NCBI GenBank assembly: GCA_964650645.1
Contig: CAZYUH010000001.1
Location: 347,032 to 411,031 of the forward strand
Direction of reading: 5' to 3'
Origin: an uncultured Candidatus Saccharibacteria bacterium
Lineage (GTDB): Bacteria; Patescibacteriota; Minisyncoccia; Phycocordibacterales; SBAW01
DNA length: 64,000 bases
Positions within the stretch are counted from its first letter, which is position 1, and every line of letters starts with the position of its first letter. The position numbers and the translations under genes are program-made. The notes under the pieces were generated by a model. That model saw nothing but the letters and a program-made list of their open reading frames with translations. It had not been told where the DNA came from and searched no databases. Shown piece after piece: positions 50,847-61,131 of this stretch.

Positions 50847-52015
50847 GGATCGTACTCCTTCAAGATGATTTCCCTCCTGAAAGCTTGGGAGGGGCGGGCA
50901 ATATGGCGGCAGCCCTTGCGGTCGCGCTAAAGGAGTTTGGGCATGACGTGTCGGTCATTGCGGCGACCCAGGCGCGCGAGCGCGCGGGAGCCGGCGAATG
51001 GAGGGGCATCCCGGTGCACCGCGTATACAGCGCGTATCATGAGCGCTGGCGCGCTTACTTGTCGCTTTATAATCCGCAGACCGTCGGAGAGGTGCGGCGA
51101 CTGCTCGGGACGCTCGAGCCTGACGTGGTCCATGCGCACAACGTGCATTACCATCTTTCGTATTACGCGCTCGTGCTGGCAAAGCGCCGCGCGGGGAGAG
51201 TGCTGCTTACCGCTCACGACGAAATGCTGTTCCATTACGGAAAATTCTACGAGTGCGTCGAAACCGGGGAGTATGCGGTGCGTTGGCGGCAGATAGCGAA
51301 GCGCTTTACCAAGCGCTGGAACCCGCTGCGCAATGTCCTCATACGTCGGATGATGCGGAACGTAGCCGTGGCCAGCCTAAGCTTCGAGCATCAAAAGGCG
51401 CTGCGCGCCAACGGCTACCGGTCAGCTGTAATATATAACGGCATAGACCCTGCCGGTTGGCCTGCTCCGGCCGGAGAGGCCGAGGCGTTCCGCCTGAAGC
51501 ACGCCCTTGCGGGCAAGAGGGTGGTGCTGTTCGCCGGGCGCATTAGCCGGCTCAAGGGGGCGGAGGCCGCGCTGCGAATGATGCGGCGCGTGCGCCGGGA
51601 TATGCCCGATGCGCTGCTCCTCGTGGCCGGCGCGCAGGGCGAGCGTTCGGATGATGCGGCCTATACCGGCTGGCTATCCTCCGATGAAATGCGCGCCGCA
51701 TACGCCGCAAGCGATATCGTCATATTCCCTTCGATTTACTTCGACCCCTTCGGCCTCGTAAACCTCGAGGCTATGGCTTCGGGGAAGCCGGTGGTCGCCA
51801 CCCGTTTCGGCGGCGCGCCGGAGATCGTGGTAGACGGGGAGACGGGGTTTATCGTCGATCCTCGCGATGAGGGCGCGTTCGCGCGCCCGGTGCTGCGGCT
51901 GCTCCGGAATCCGGAGGAGGCTAAGAATCTCGGGCAGGCCGGCCGGACGCGGTTCCTCGGACGCTTTACGGCGCGGCGCATGGCAGAGGCGTATGCGAGC
52001 ATGTATACTGCCTAG
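50843..52015 (+). CDS. Glycosyltransferase family 4
   Basis: PDVVHAHN, PSIYFDPFGLVNLEAMASGKPV. Confidence 0.92.
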   Translation: MRIVLLQDDFPPESLGGAGNMAAALAVALKEFGHDVSVIAATQARERAGAGEWRGIPVHRVYSAYHERWRAYLSLYNPQTVGEVRRLLGTLEPDVVHAHNVHYHLSYYALVLAKRRAGRVLLTAHDEMLFHYGKFYECVETGEYAVRWRQIAKRFTKRWNPLRNVLIRRMMRNVAVASLSFEHQKALRANGYRSAVIYNGIDPAGWPAPAGEAEAFRLKHALAGKRVVLFAGRISRLKGAEAALRMMRRVRRDMPDALLLVAGAQGERSDDAAYTGWLSSDEMRAAYAASDIVIFPSIYFDPFGLVNLEAMASGKPVVATRFGGAPEIVVDGETGFIVDPRDEGAFARPVLRLLRNPEEAKNLGQAGRTRFLGRFTARRMAEAYASMYTA

Positions 52016-52019
52016 CGTT

Positions 52020-52898
52020 ATGGCCGCAGGCGATGAAAGGACCTTCAAGACGGCGCACGGCACGTTTGTCATGGATACGGCGAGCGACGCGAAGATAAGC
52101 GGCGTATTCTCCGGCGAGCACTACCATCATCAGGAAACCCTCGACCTTTTGCCGCATCTGCTTGAGCGCGGCGGGGTTATTGTCGACGTTGGCGCGCATG
52201 TGGGCACGCTCGCCGTTCCTTTCGCGCACTACGCAAGCAGGGTAATCGCCTTCGAGCCGACAAAGGCAACCTTCGGGTTCCTGCAGAAGAATGCCGCCCT
52301 CAACGCGGCCCCGATCGATGCGCGCAACAAGGGGCTCGGCGCCGAGCCGAATCGCGCCTCCTCCGTCGTGCTCCACGACTTCAGTGCGGCAGCCAACACT
52401 CTCCAGGTAGGCGAGGGCGATATCGAGGTCTCGACGCTCGACGCCGAAGTTCCGGCCGCCGACTTCGTGAAGATAGACGTCGAGGGCATGGAATTGTGGG
52501 TGCTCGAAGGGGGAAGGCGCCTGTGGCAAGGTTCCAAACCGCCTATTTTGTTCGAGGTGAACCTTTTCGCCCTGCGCCGCAACGGCACGGCTGCCGCGGA
52601 TCTCCAGGGCTTTTTGAAACAGTACGGGTACGAGCTCTATTACCCGGTCCGGGATAGCGGCGCGCTTGCTCTCGCCAGGATCTGGAGCCTCAGCCTGTTC
52701 GTGCTGTGCATCGCGCCTCGTTCGTTCATGTTCGGAGGGCCGAGCGCACCGTTCGACGTGCTGGCGCTCCCCAAAGGGCATGCGCTCTCCGGCCCCTTGC
52801 CGCGGCTTTCCGCGGGTGCCATGCTCCTGCGGCTTATAAAGAATAATCTTGCGCAAAAAATGCGCCGCTTTTCCTCCCTCTTTTACGGCAGGCGGTAG
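52020..52898 (+). CDS. FkbM-family methyltransferase
   Basis: VDVGAHVG, AFEP, FVKIDVEGMELWVLEG. Confidence 0.9.
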   Translation: MAAGDERTFKTAHGTFVMDTASDAKISGVFSGEHYHHQETLDLLPHLLERGGVIVDVGAHVGTLAVPFAHYASRVIAFEPTKATFGFLQKNAALNAAPIDARNKGLGAEPNRASSVVLHDFSAAANTLQVGEGDIEVSTLDAEVPAADFVKIDVEGMELWVLEGGRRLWQGSKPPILFEVNLFALRRNGTAAADLQGFLKQYGYELYYPVRDSGALALARIWSLSLFVLCIAPRSFMFGGPSAPFDVLALPKGHALSGPLPRLSAGAMLLRLIKNNLAQKMRRFSSLFYGRR

Positions 52899-54598
52899 AT
52901 AGTGAAGCGTCCGATGCTGTCTTCAAGCAAGAGTTCGCGGGTTCCGGGCCAATGATCATCCTCCGCATCGAGCACGATGCGGTCAATATTCAGGGTGCGC
53001 ATCATTTCTGCCAGCGTCGTCCCTTGATTTTCGCGGTACTCCTGTGAGAGCGCTTCCAGTACGCTGTCTGGCAATGGGCGCGCATCCTCGGGAATGCCGC
53101 TCCAGCTGCTGCCGAATAGCTCCATGGCGATAGTTTCGCGTTCGGATTTCATAACTTCAAAGCTCTCTTCTGCGGCAATTCCGCGCAGGCGGTATCCGAA
53201 AAATAGCCGGTCCTCAAGATAGCCTTCCGGTAAGAAATACAGCCCGGCATACGTGCTGTTTAATGCGTCGTCGTCGGTGTAGATTGCGACGTAATCCGCC
53301 AGCGCCGGATTCGTATAGACGGCTTCTTCTGGAGACGAGCGCAGGTGCTCCAAGAGCGGCGCGTATTCCTGCGCCTGGAAAGCGGCCGGCGCGTGCCGGG
53401 CATAAAAATGCGCTTGCGCGGCGGCACCGTGCGCCGCAAGAACCGCGATGCCGATAATGCAGGCTGTGCCTGCGATCGCAGCGGGGGCTATGCGGCGCAT
53501 GATAGGCATGGCGGCAAGCGCGGCCAAAAGCGCGGCAAGGGGCTTGGTTACATACCAATGGTAATGCCCCGGCTGGAGATAGACGCCCGTTATGATTTGC
53601 TGGTTCAGCGCCACGGCCAATGCTGCGCCGCAAAGGGCGAAAAATACCCGCGCTTGGCGCTCCTGTTTGGGCAAGAGCCAGGGGAGTGCCAGGAGTATCA
53701 GGAGCCATGCGCCGAGCGCGGGCGCGTGGCTTGCAAGCGCGCCCTGGAACTGCGCCGCCGCCGCATAGCCGGGCGTATGCATCGCAGAAAGATAATTAAG
53801 AAAGAAGGGGACGGAAAGCAGGAGTCCCGAAATGCCCGCGAAAAGAAGCCTGCCAGCGGCACGGTAGTTCTTCCGTACAGCCTCCGCAATAAAGATTGAA
53901 AAGAGCAGCAGTCCCAAGAACGACCAGGCATATACGGATACGTACAAGGATAAGCCGATAATGCCGCCGATTGCGCCTATCGCGAGCCATGAGCTATTCT
54001 CACGCTGCACATAAGCCCGGTAGAGCAGCCACAATCCGCTGAAGAGCATCAAGCCGCTTATCTGCGGATTGACCGGGCGGGCCCAGGTTACCCCGTCTAC
54101 GAAGCTCTGTCCCTGCATTAGCGCCAAGAGCTCGTGCGGGTTGCTCATGATGGCCGAGCCGAGCATTGCGGCAGTTGCGCCAAGCAGTGCGGTCAGGCGC
54201 GAGCGGGATACGGAAAGGCAGAGCCCGTAGATAGCCAGAAAGATAAGCGCGGGCAGCAGGAACTTGGCGGCAAGGGCTATATCGGCAGTCCGCAGGCCCG
54301 CCAGCTTGGCCGCTCCGGCCATGGCTATTTCACCCAGGCCGGGACTGAGGTAAGGAATCTCCTTCTGGGGGGTAAAAACGCCGCCAAGGCCGAGATGGCC
54401 TTCGCTGGCTTCCTGTATGCGCGCCAGGTAATGCTCCTCGGCGTCCTGGCCCATAAGGGCGATGCCTTGGTGTTGGGGAGTCGCGGCAAAGTAGGCGTAC
54501 GGAGCGATGCAGAGGATGCCTACCGCGGCCGCAAGCGCATATGCCGCAGCGTGGTAGCGCGCGTGCGCGCATGCGGCCTTAAGATTTATAGATGACAT
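52883..54598 (-). CDS. Polytopic membrane protein, possibly a GT-C glycosyltransferase or ligase
   Basis: About 11 TM segments; first loop DAEEHYLARI; soluble C-terminus; lies next to GtrA and GT2. Confidence 0.6.
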   Translation of the reverse strand: MSSINLKAACAHARYHAAAYALAAAVGILCIAPYAYFAATPQHQGIALMGQDAEEHYLARIQEASEGHLGLGGVFTPQKEIPYLSPGLGEIAMAGAAKLAGLRTADIALAAKFLLPALIFLAIYGLCLSVSRSRLTALLGATAAMLGSAIMSNPHELLALMQGQSFVDGVTWARPVNPQISGLMLFSGLWLLYRAYVQRENSSWLAIGAIGGIIGLSLYVSVYAWSFLGLLLFSIFIAEAVRKNYRAAGRLLFAGISGLLLSVPFFLNYLSAMHTPGYAAAAQFQGALASHAPALGAWLLILLALPWLLPKQERQARVFFALCGAALAVALNQQIITGVYLQPGHYHWYVTKPLAALLAALAAMPIMRRIAPAAIAGTACIIGIAVLAAHGAAAQAHFYARHAPAAFQAQEYAPLLEHLRSSPEEAVYTNPALADYVAIYTDDDALNSTYAGLYFLPEGYLEDRLFFGYRLRGIAAEESFEVMKSERETIAMELFGSSWSGIPEDARPLPDSVLEALSQEYRENQGTTLAEMMRTLNIDRIVLDAEDDHWPGTRELLLEDSIGRFTIYRLP

Positions 54599-54956
54599 AT
54601 TTGCTGAACGAGTAGGAGAACGCCGTCGTTGCGACCGCGCTTGCCGCAATGGAAATGAGGTAATGGATTCCCAGGATAGAAGTGGCAAGGTAAACCAGGG
54701 CCGCATTGCTGGCGAATACCGCAAGATAGCTTCCTATGAAAAGCAGGTACTTTTTAACGTATGAGCCGCGCTCATGATTTGGGAATGTTATGAGCGCATT
54801 GAGGGCGAAGCTGCACGTCCAGCTGACGATTATGCCGATGCAGAACGCCCAGAAATACCAGAGGTGCAGGACCGTTACGCCCAGGTGGGTTACGGCGAGA
54901 TTGACCAGAAGGCCCGCTCCTCCGACGAGGCAGAAACGTATGAATTGCATGCTCAT
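54579..54956 (-). CDS. GtrA-family flippase
   Basis: QFIRFCLVGG, four TM helices, LNALITF. Confidence 0.88.
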   Translation of the reverse strand: MSMQFIRFCLVGGAGLLVNLAVTHLGVTVLHLWYFWAFCIGIIVSWTCSFALNALITFPNHERGSYVKKYLLFIGSYLAVFASNAALVYLATSILGIHYLISIAASAVATTAFSYSFSKYVIYKS

Positions 54957-56821
54957 CGCGATTGCCACGTATCGTACCATAGCTGGAACATGAGGAGGGT
55001 CCAGAGTTTCTTGCCATGATTGCGTTTGCCCGAAAGGTGCTCCTCCAAGAGCCGCGCCACTTCGGCGGTATTTAGCAGGCCTGATTTTTCCGCATTCGCC
55101 TTTGCTAGCGCGTCCGTCACCAGGCCCTTTAGTTCATTGCGCAGCCAGCCTGAAACCGGCGCGGCGAATCCCTGCTTGGGACGGTCCAATATGCCGTCCG
55201 GCAGTCGTCCGCGCATAAGCGCGCGAAGCAGATGCTTGCCGCGCCCGCTCTTGTATTTGAGTCCGGGCGGCAGGGCGAGCAGAAACTCGGCGATGTCGTG
55301 CGATAAGAACGGCGCGCGCACTTCAAGGCTGTGCGCCATGCTCGCGCGGTCCACCTTAACAAGCACCTGGTCCATAAGGTACGTGCGCATGTACAGATGC
55401 GAGAGCTCGTTGAGTCCTCCCAGCTCCGGGCATTCCGCGTGCCATTGCGCCGCAAGTTCCCCGGTTATGTCCCGCGCTTGCGCGGCAGCTTCGGGCGACA
55501 GCAGCGCCTCCAGTTCGTCCTCCCTGAAGCTCCCGAGCCATTGCAGGTGCCGGGCTCCCGCATCGTCGGAAAAGTCATGGGTAAATTTGCGCGTCTTAAA
55601 GCCCAAGCTCATGTATCCGAGCGAGTGGGGCAGCAGGTCGGAAGCGGCGCGCAGCGCGCTGCGCACGGAGCGCGGCACGCGTCCGTACGCTTGCGCGTAC
55701 CGCTCCGCCTTGAAGGTGGGATACCCCAGCAAGAGCTCGTCCGCGCCGTCGCCTCCCAGCGCGACCGTCACGTGCTCGCGGGTGAACTGCGACAGCAGGA
55801 GGGTGGGGAGTATCGAAGCGTCAGCCATGGGTTCGTCGAGTACCTGCGGCAGGCGCCCCACGAGCGCAAGCGCTTCCGTTCCATCCAATACTTTTTCGTA
55901 GTGCTCCGTGCCTAGGCGCTTTGCAACCAGCCTTGCCTGCGCCGACTCGTCGAAGCTCTTTTCGCTGAACCCTATAGAGAATGTCTTTATTTTCTGAGCG
56001 GATGCTTTTGAGGCGAAGTACGCGACCGTTGAGCTGTCTATGCCTCCCGAAAGAAAGACGCCCAGCGGCACATCCGACACCATCCGCTCGCGCGTCGCCT
56101 CCGTTAAAAGCGCGTCGAGCCGCGCAAGCGCCTCCGCTTCGCTCATGCTTTCTGCCGGCGCGGACGGGTTCCAATACGGCTTGATAGTCACCACGCCCTC
56201 CTTAAGCCGCAGGTACGAGGCAGGCTCAAGCTTGCGTATGTCCTTATATATGGAGCGCGGCGTGGGAACGTACTCGCGCGCGAAGTAGTGCGCCGCGGAG
56301 CGCAGGTCTATCTCGCGCGGGCAGCCGGGGTGCGCGCGCAGCGCCTTGAGCTCCGAGCCGAAGATGAAGCCGCTTGCGGTCTTGGACCAGTACAGCGGCT
56401 TCTTGCCGAGGCGGTCGCGCGCCAGGATGAGCTCTTGCGCGCGTGAATCGTATATCGCGAAAGCGAACATTCCTCTTAGCCGCTCAAACCCTTCGGCGCC
56501 CCATGCGGCGTACGCCGCAAGTATGACTTCCGTATCAGAGTGCGTCTTGAACGGATAGGAGGCGAGCTCTTTTCTTAGCTCGGCGAAGTTGTATATTTCG
56601 CCGTTGAAGGCGATGTGGTAGCGGCCGTCCGCGCTCTCCATCGGCTGCTTTGCAGCAAGAGAAAGGTCGATAATGGAAAGTCTCGTGTGCGCCAGTCCCG
56701 CGCGGCCCTTCTCGGATATCCAGGTGCCCGAGGCGTCCGGGCCGCGGTGCTTCAGGCGCGCGGCCATTGCGCCGAGGGTCGCCTCGTCTCCCGTTCCCGC
56801 AAAGCCGGCTATACCGCACAT
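54953..56821 (-). CDS. asnB: Second asparagine synthase-like amidotransferase
   Basis: MCGIAG, HRGPD, RDRLGKKPLY, LSGGIDSS, KVDRASMAHSLEVRAPFL. Confidence 0.92.
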   Translation of the reverse strand: MCGIAGFAGTGDEATLGAMAARLKHRGPDASGTWISEKGRAGLAHTRLSIIDLSLAAKQPMESADGRYHIAFNGEIYNFAELRKELASYPFKTHSDTEVILAAYAAWGAEGFERLRGMFAFAIYDSRAQELILARDRLGKKPLYWSKTASGFIFGSELKALRAHPGCPREIDLRSAAHYFAREYVPTPRSIYKDIRKLEPASYLRLKEGVVTIKPYWNPSAPAESMSEAEALARLDALLTEATRERMVSDVPLGVFLSGGIDSSTVAYFASKASAQKIKTFSIGFSEKSFDESAQARLVAKRLGTEHYEKVLDGTEALALVGRLPQVLDEPMADASILPTLLLSQFTREHVTVALGGDGADELLLGYPTFKAERYAQAYGRVPRSVRSALRAASDLLPHSLGYMSLGFKTRKFTHDFSDDAGARHLQWLGSFREDELEALLSPEAAAQARDITGELAAQWHAECPELGGLNELSHLYMRTYLMDQVLVKVDRASMAHSLEVRAPFLSHDIAEFLLALPPGLKYKSGRGKHLLRALMRGRLPDGILDRPKQGFAAPVSGWLRNELKGLVTDALAKANAEKSGLLNTAEVARLLEEHLSGKRNHGKKLWTLLMFQLWYDTWQSR

Positions 56822-56846
56822 ATGCTTTGTATGGTACAACGGGAGC

Positions 56847-57815
56847 GTGGAAACCGCTCGCGACTCTAAGGGCCTCGTCTCTATTGTCATACCGGTCTAT
56901 AACGAGGCTTTGAGCCTGCCGGGCCTCTTCGGTCGCCTCGATCAAGCGCTTGCCGCAATCGGCCGCCCGTGTGAGATTGTCATGGCGGACGACGGGTCCA
57001 AGGACGGCTCGTTTGAGAAAATTACCGAGCTTGCCAAAGGCCGCCCTGTAACGGCTATCAGGCTCAGGCGCAACTTCGGCCAAACGGCGGCGCTCTCGGC
57101 CGGCATCGAAGAGGCTCGGGGCGAGGTAATCGTCACGCTCGACTCCGACCTGGAGAACGATCCGCGCGATATCCCGCTCCTTCTGGCAAAGATGGACGAA
57201 GGCTTCGATGTCGTGTCGGGCTGGCGGCAGGCGCGCTGGAAGGGCTCCTTCTTCTCGCGCAAACTGCCTTCGGTTGCGGCCAACTGGCTCATATCAAGGC
57301 TCTCCGGCGTGCCGCTGCACGACTACGGCTGCACCCTCAAGGCGTACCGCGCCGACCTGGTAAAGGGCGTCGTGCTCTACGGCGACATGCACCGCTTCAT
57401 TCCCGCATACGCGTCATGGCAGGGCGGGGCAGTGGCCGAGGTGCCGGTATCGTACGCGCCGCGCCAGCACGGCAAGAGCAATTACGGCATGGGCCGCATT
57501 GTCCGCGTGCTGCTCGACCTGGTCGTCGTCGTGTTCATGCACAAGTACATGAACCGCCCGATGCATTTCTTCGGCGGGTGGGGCCTGCTCAGCTTCTGCG
57601 TCGGCGGACTCTTCGGCATCGCTTCCATAGCGCTCAAGCTCGCGCATCTGCGCGATTTCGTAGCGACGCCGCTGCCGCTCTGGAGCGCCCTTTTCATAAT
57701 CGTGGGCGTGCAGATGGTGATGTTCGGCGTGGTCGGCGAGATGCTCATGCGCACCTACTACGAGTCCCAGGGCCGCCGCCCGTACGCAGTAAGGGAGAAA
57801 GTTACGGTATCCTAG
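56847..57815 (+). CDS. GT2 polyprenol-phosphate glycosyltransferase (ArnC/GtrB-like)
   Basis: SIVIPVYNE, DDGSKD, RNFGQTAA, DSDLENDP, two C-terminal TM helices; GTG start inferred. Confidence 0.9.
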   Translation: METARDSKGLVSIVIPVYNEALSLPGLFGRLDQALAAIGRPCEIVMADDGSKDGSFEKITELAKGRPVTAIRLRRNFGQTAALSAGIEEARGEVIVTLDSDLENDPRDIPLLLAKMDEGFDVVSGWRQARWKGSFFSRKLPSVAANWLISRLSGVPLHDYGCTLKAYRADLVKGVVLYGDMHRFIPAYASWQGGAVAEVPVSYAPRQHGKSNYGMGRIVRVLLDLVVVVFMHKYMNRPMHFFGGWGLLSFCVGGLFGIASIALKLAHLRDFVATPLPLWSALFIIVGVQMVMFGVVGEMLMRTYYESQGRRPYAVREKVTVS

Positions 57816-57819
57816 GCAA

Positions 57820-58494
57820 ATGAGATCCCTAATAAAAAAACTGGTACGCAACCTTGGGTATGACATCCGGTTGGAGAATCTGAGCGTGGGGACCCGAGCC
57901 CTTGCGCTGTGGGAAACAGACGGGGAATTTTCGAATATATACGAGAATATAAGGAAGCGCTCGGTAGGCGACAAGCAGCGGGCTTTCATGCTCTGGCAGC
58001 TTGCACGAGGCCTTCGCGGCAATATAGCGGAAGTGGGTGTATACCGGGGCGGTACGTCGGCCCTGCTCGCGCTGTGCGCGCCGGAAAGCTCCATATATTC
58101 GTTTGATACGTTCGGCGAGGGCATGCCGCATACAAATCCAGAGTTTGATTTGCATGTGCGCGGCGATTTCAAGGTCGACAGCGGTGAGATCCTCGGCTAC
58201 CTGCGCCGATATCCGAACATAACGGCCTGTCCTGGATTTTTCCCCGATTCCGCCGCTTCAGTCGCTAGCAAGTCATTCGCTCTTATACATATCGACGTGG
58301 ATATCTACCAGTCATACAAAGACTCGCTCGAATTCTTCTATCCGCGCATGGAAAGGGGCGGCGTCATTGTCGCGGACGATTACGGGTTTACCAGCTGTCC
58401 GGGAGCAAAGCGGGCGTGGGACGATTTTTTTGCTGGAAAGCCGGAAAAGACCATATATTTGCCGACTGGGCAGGCTTTTGTTGTCAAGGGATAG
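57820..58494 (+). CDS. TylF/MycF-family O-methyltransferase
   Basis: AEVGVYRGG, FDTF.EGMP, GFFPDS, HIDVDIY, ADDY. Confidence 0.88.
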   Translation: MRSLIKKLVRNLGYDIRLENLSVGTRALALWETDGEFSNIYENIRKRSVGDKQRAFMLWQLARGLRGNIAEVGVYRGGTSALLALCAPESSIYSFDTFGEGMPHTNPEFDLHVRGDFKVDSGEILGYLRRYPNITACPGFFPDSAASVASKSFALIHIDVDIYQSYKDSLEFFYPRMERGGVIVADDYGFTSCPGAKRAWDDFFAGKPEKTIYLPTGQAFVVKG

Positions 58495-58534
58495 GGGTTT
58501 GGAGTCAAGGAATGGCGATAGTATAGTCATTGCT

Positions 58535-59641
58535 ATGGTAAGAGCTCCGCGCCTGCTCTATGCGGTATTCGCACGACTGCCGACCGAGAAGGCGCACGGC
58601 GCCCAGATCGTCCGCACATGCGAGGCTTTGGCGCGCCAGGGCGCGGCGGTCGAGCTCGCGGTGCCGGGCCGGGCCACCCCGATCACTGAAGATGCCTTTT
58701 CCTACTACGGCGCAGAGCGCGTATTTTCCGTAACGCCGCTTAAGGTAAGGGATTGGGCCGGCCGGAGCCGCATCGGCTTCCTGCTCTCGTCCCTGCTGTT
58801 CGCGCGCCGGGTCGCCCTGCACGCCAGGGCGCATAGGCCGGATGTCATCTATTCGCGCGATAAGATTGTGCTTGTCGCGCTGAGGTTCCTGAGCGATGTG
58901 CCTTTGGTATGGGAAGTGCACGGCCGCGAGCCGGCGCTGGCTGTGCGCCTGCTGAAGAAGGCGAGGATTATAGCCATAACGGAAGGCATTAAAGACGAGC
59001 TGGCGCGGCAAGGGGTTCCGGATGAGCGCATGGCCGTAGCGCACGACGGCATAGACCTGCGCTCGTTTGCCCATGCGATCCCCAAAAAGGAATCCCGCCG
59101 CAGGCTTGGCCTTCCGCTCGATAAGAAGATAGCCCTCTACATTGGCAGGCTCGACGGCTGGAAGGGGACCGATACCCTGCTTGAGGCTTCTGTATTGCTG
59201 CCGGGCGAAGTGCAGGTGGTTATGATCGGCGGCGAGTCCGCGCAGGTCGAGGCGCTCAAGGCCAAATACCCCCGCGTCATTTTCTTGGGCTTCCTGCCGT
59301 ATCGCGATATAGCGCTAAACGAAGCGGCGGCGGATATCCTCGTGCTCCCCAACACCGCGCGCGACGCAACCTCGCTCAGGTACACGTCGCCGCTCAAGCT
59401 CTTTTCGTATATGGCATCGGGGATCCCCATGGTGGTATCGGACCTTCCGTCCTTGCGGGAGGTCGTATCAGAGAAGGAGGCTTTCTTTGTGCCGGCAGAC
59501 GACCCGCAGGCGCTCGCCCGGGCCATAACGGGCGCCCTGGATGCCTCCGACGGGCCCGTACGTGCCCTGCGCGCAAAAGAGAAGGTGGCCGAGTATACTT
59601 GGGACAAGCGCGCCGAGCGCATACAAGCCCTCATTACATGA
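58535..59641 (+). CDS. Glycosyltransferase family 4
   Basis: RLPTEKAHG, HDGID, TSPLKLFSYMASG. Confidence 0.9.
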   Translation: MVRAPRLLYAVFARLPTEKAHGAQIVRTCEALARQGAAVELAVPGRATPITEDAFSYYGAERVFSVTPLKVRDWAGRSRIGFLLSSLLFARRVALHARAHRPDVIYSRDKIVLVALRFLSDVPLVWEVHGREPALAVRLLKKARIIAITEGIKDELARQGVPDERMAVAHDGIDLRSFAHAIPKKESRRRLGLPLDKKIALYIGRLDGWKGTDTLLEASVLLPGEVQVVMIGGESAQVEALKAKYPRVIFLGFLPYRDIALNEAAADILVLPNTARDATSLRYTSPLKLFSYMASGIPMVVSDLPSLREVVSEKEAFFVPADDPQALARAITGALDASDGPVRALRAKEKVAEYTWDKRAERIQALIT

Positions 59642-60489
59642 CACCCTGCATCGTCTGCGGCTCAACGGAGCGTCAAGAGCTCGAGCTCAACGGACTCCCG
59701 CTTTTCAAATGCCTGTCCTGCGCCCTTATGCGGCGGCGGACGTTCGACATGCCGCTGTCCCATTACGAAGAGACCGACCCGCGCAGCTCGCCCGAGCGCA
59801 TCAGCGCGCGCCGGCGCAACGCGCACGACCGCATCCGCACGCTTTTCGCCGGCATTCCAAAGGACGGCGTGTGCGATGTCGGCACCGGCGAAGGGACTTT
59901 CCTGGCGGCCCTTGCGGAGGACGGAGGGTCGGGCGTCGGCATAGAGCCCGGCCGCCGCTATCGGGAAGAGGCGGCGCGCATGGGCGTGCGCATGGTGGGC
60001 GAGACCTTCAGCGATGTGCCGCGGGCGGTAAGGGAGGAGGGGGTGCGCACGCTTACGCTTTTCCATGTCATCGAGCATGTCGAGCGGCCGGATGAGATGC
60101 TGCGCCTGTTCTACGAGGCCCTGCCGCCGGGCGGCCGCGTCATTATTGAGACGCCCAACATGCATTCGCCCGTGCTAAGGGCGGCGAAGTACAGGGACCC
60201 GCTGGTATACCCCGAGCATCTCTACTATTTCAACGAGGACAACCTGCGCCGGCTCTTGGAGAATGCCGGATTCCGCGTGGCAGCGCAGGGCCGCCGCGAC
60301 TTCGACCAGTACAGCATGTCCCTGCGCCAATCCTTGCGCCGCCTGCTGCGCGCCCCGTACGGCGCGCCCGTACCGCTTGCTCCCGCCGTGCGGCAGGAAG
60401 GGTGGCGCGGCATGCTGCGCTCCTGGCTCTCCAGGCGGGTCATAGCGACGGGCCGGCTAAACTATATGTGGTTTGTCGCCCAAAAATAA
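59638..60489 (+). CDS. Class I methyltransferase with N-terminal zinc ribbon
   Basis: CIVC...CLSC, DVGTGEG, FHVIEHV, HLYYF. Confidence 0.88.
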   Translation: MTPCIVCGSTERQELELNGLPLFKCLSCALMRRRTFDMPLSHYEETDPRSSPERISARRRNAHDRIRTLFAGIPKDGVCDVGTGEGTFLAALAEDGGSGVGIEPGRRYREEAARMGVRMVGETFSDVPRAVREEGVRTLTLFHVIEHVERPDEMLRLFYEALPPGGRVIIETPNMHSPVLRAAKYRDPLVYPEHLYYFNEDNLRRLLENAGFRVAAQGRRDFDQYSMSLRQSLRRLLRAPYGAPVPLAPAVRQEGWRGMLRSWLSRRVIATGRLNYMWFVAQK

Positions 60490-60493
60490 TCCC

Positions 60494-61129
60494 ATGTACG
60501 TATTCCAGCCTGATCGCATCCTCCTCAAGAAGCAGATAGCGGACGCCGCGCATTTCGTGCGGGGCTCGGTGCTTGATATCGGAGCGGGGCACTTCGACCG
60601 CTATAGCCGATTGTTTACCTACGACACGTACACCAAGACCGACATCAGCCATGCGGAGCATGTGGACATGGTCTGCACCGCCTACGATATCCCCGTGGCG
60701 GACGGCTCGTACGACTCGGTAGTATGCACGCAGGTATACGAGCATCTGGCCGACCCGTTCAGCGCGGCCCGCGAGATGCACCGCGTGCTGCGCCCGGGCG
60801 GGCACGCTATCGTCACGGTGCCCCAGATGAACGAGCTCCATGAGCAGCCGCACGACTACTTCAGGTATACGAGGTTCGGACTGAGCCACATGTTCGAAGG
60901 CGCGGGATTCGAAATCGTGGAGATGAATCAGCGCGGCGGCTATTACGCGACCGTGGCGCAGATAAGGATCGTGCATCTCATCGAGCTGTTAAGCCTCTAC
61001 GAGCGACCGATACTCGGCCGTTTCCTTGGGAAGCTCATCTATATATACGGCTCGTGGATGCTGACGCTCGACCGCGCCTTCCCCTCAAATACCCAGGCGA
61101 TCGGCTGGTGCGTCGTGCTGAAAAAATAA
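60494..61129 (+). CDS. Class I SAM-dependent methyltransferase
   Basis: VLDIGAG, TQVYEH, RVLRPGG, PHDYFRYT. Confidence 0.9.
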   Translation: MYVFQPDRILLKKQIADAAHFVRGSVLDIGAGHFDRYSRLFTYDTYTKTDISHAEHVDMVCTAYDIPVADGSYDSVVCTQVYEHLADPFSAAREMHRVLRPGGHAIVTVPQMNELHEQPHDYFRYTRFGLSHMFEGAGFEIVEMNQRGGYYATVAQIRIVHLIELLSLYERPILGRFLGKLIYIYGSWMLTLDRAFPSNTQAIGWCVVLKK

Positions 61130-61131
61130 CC

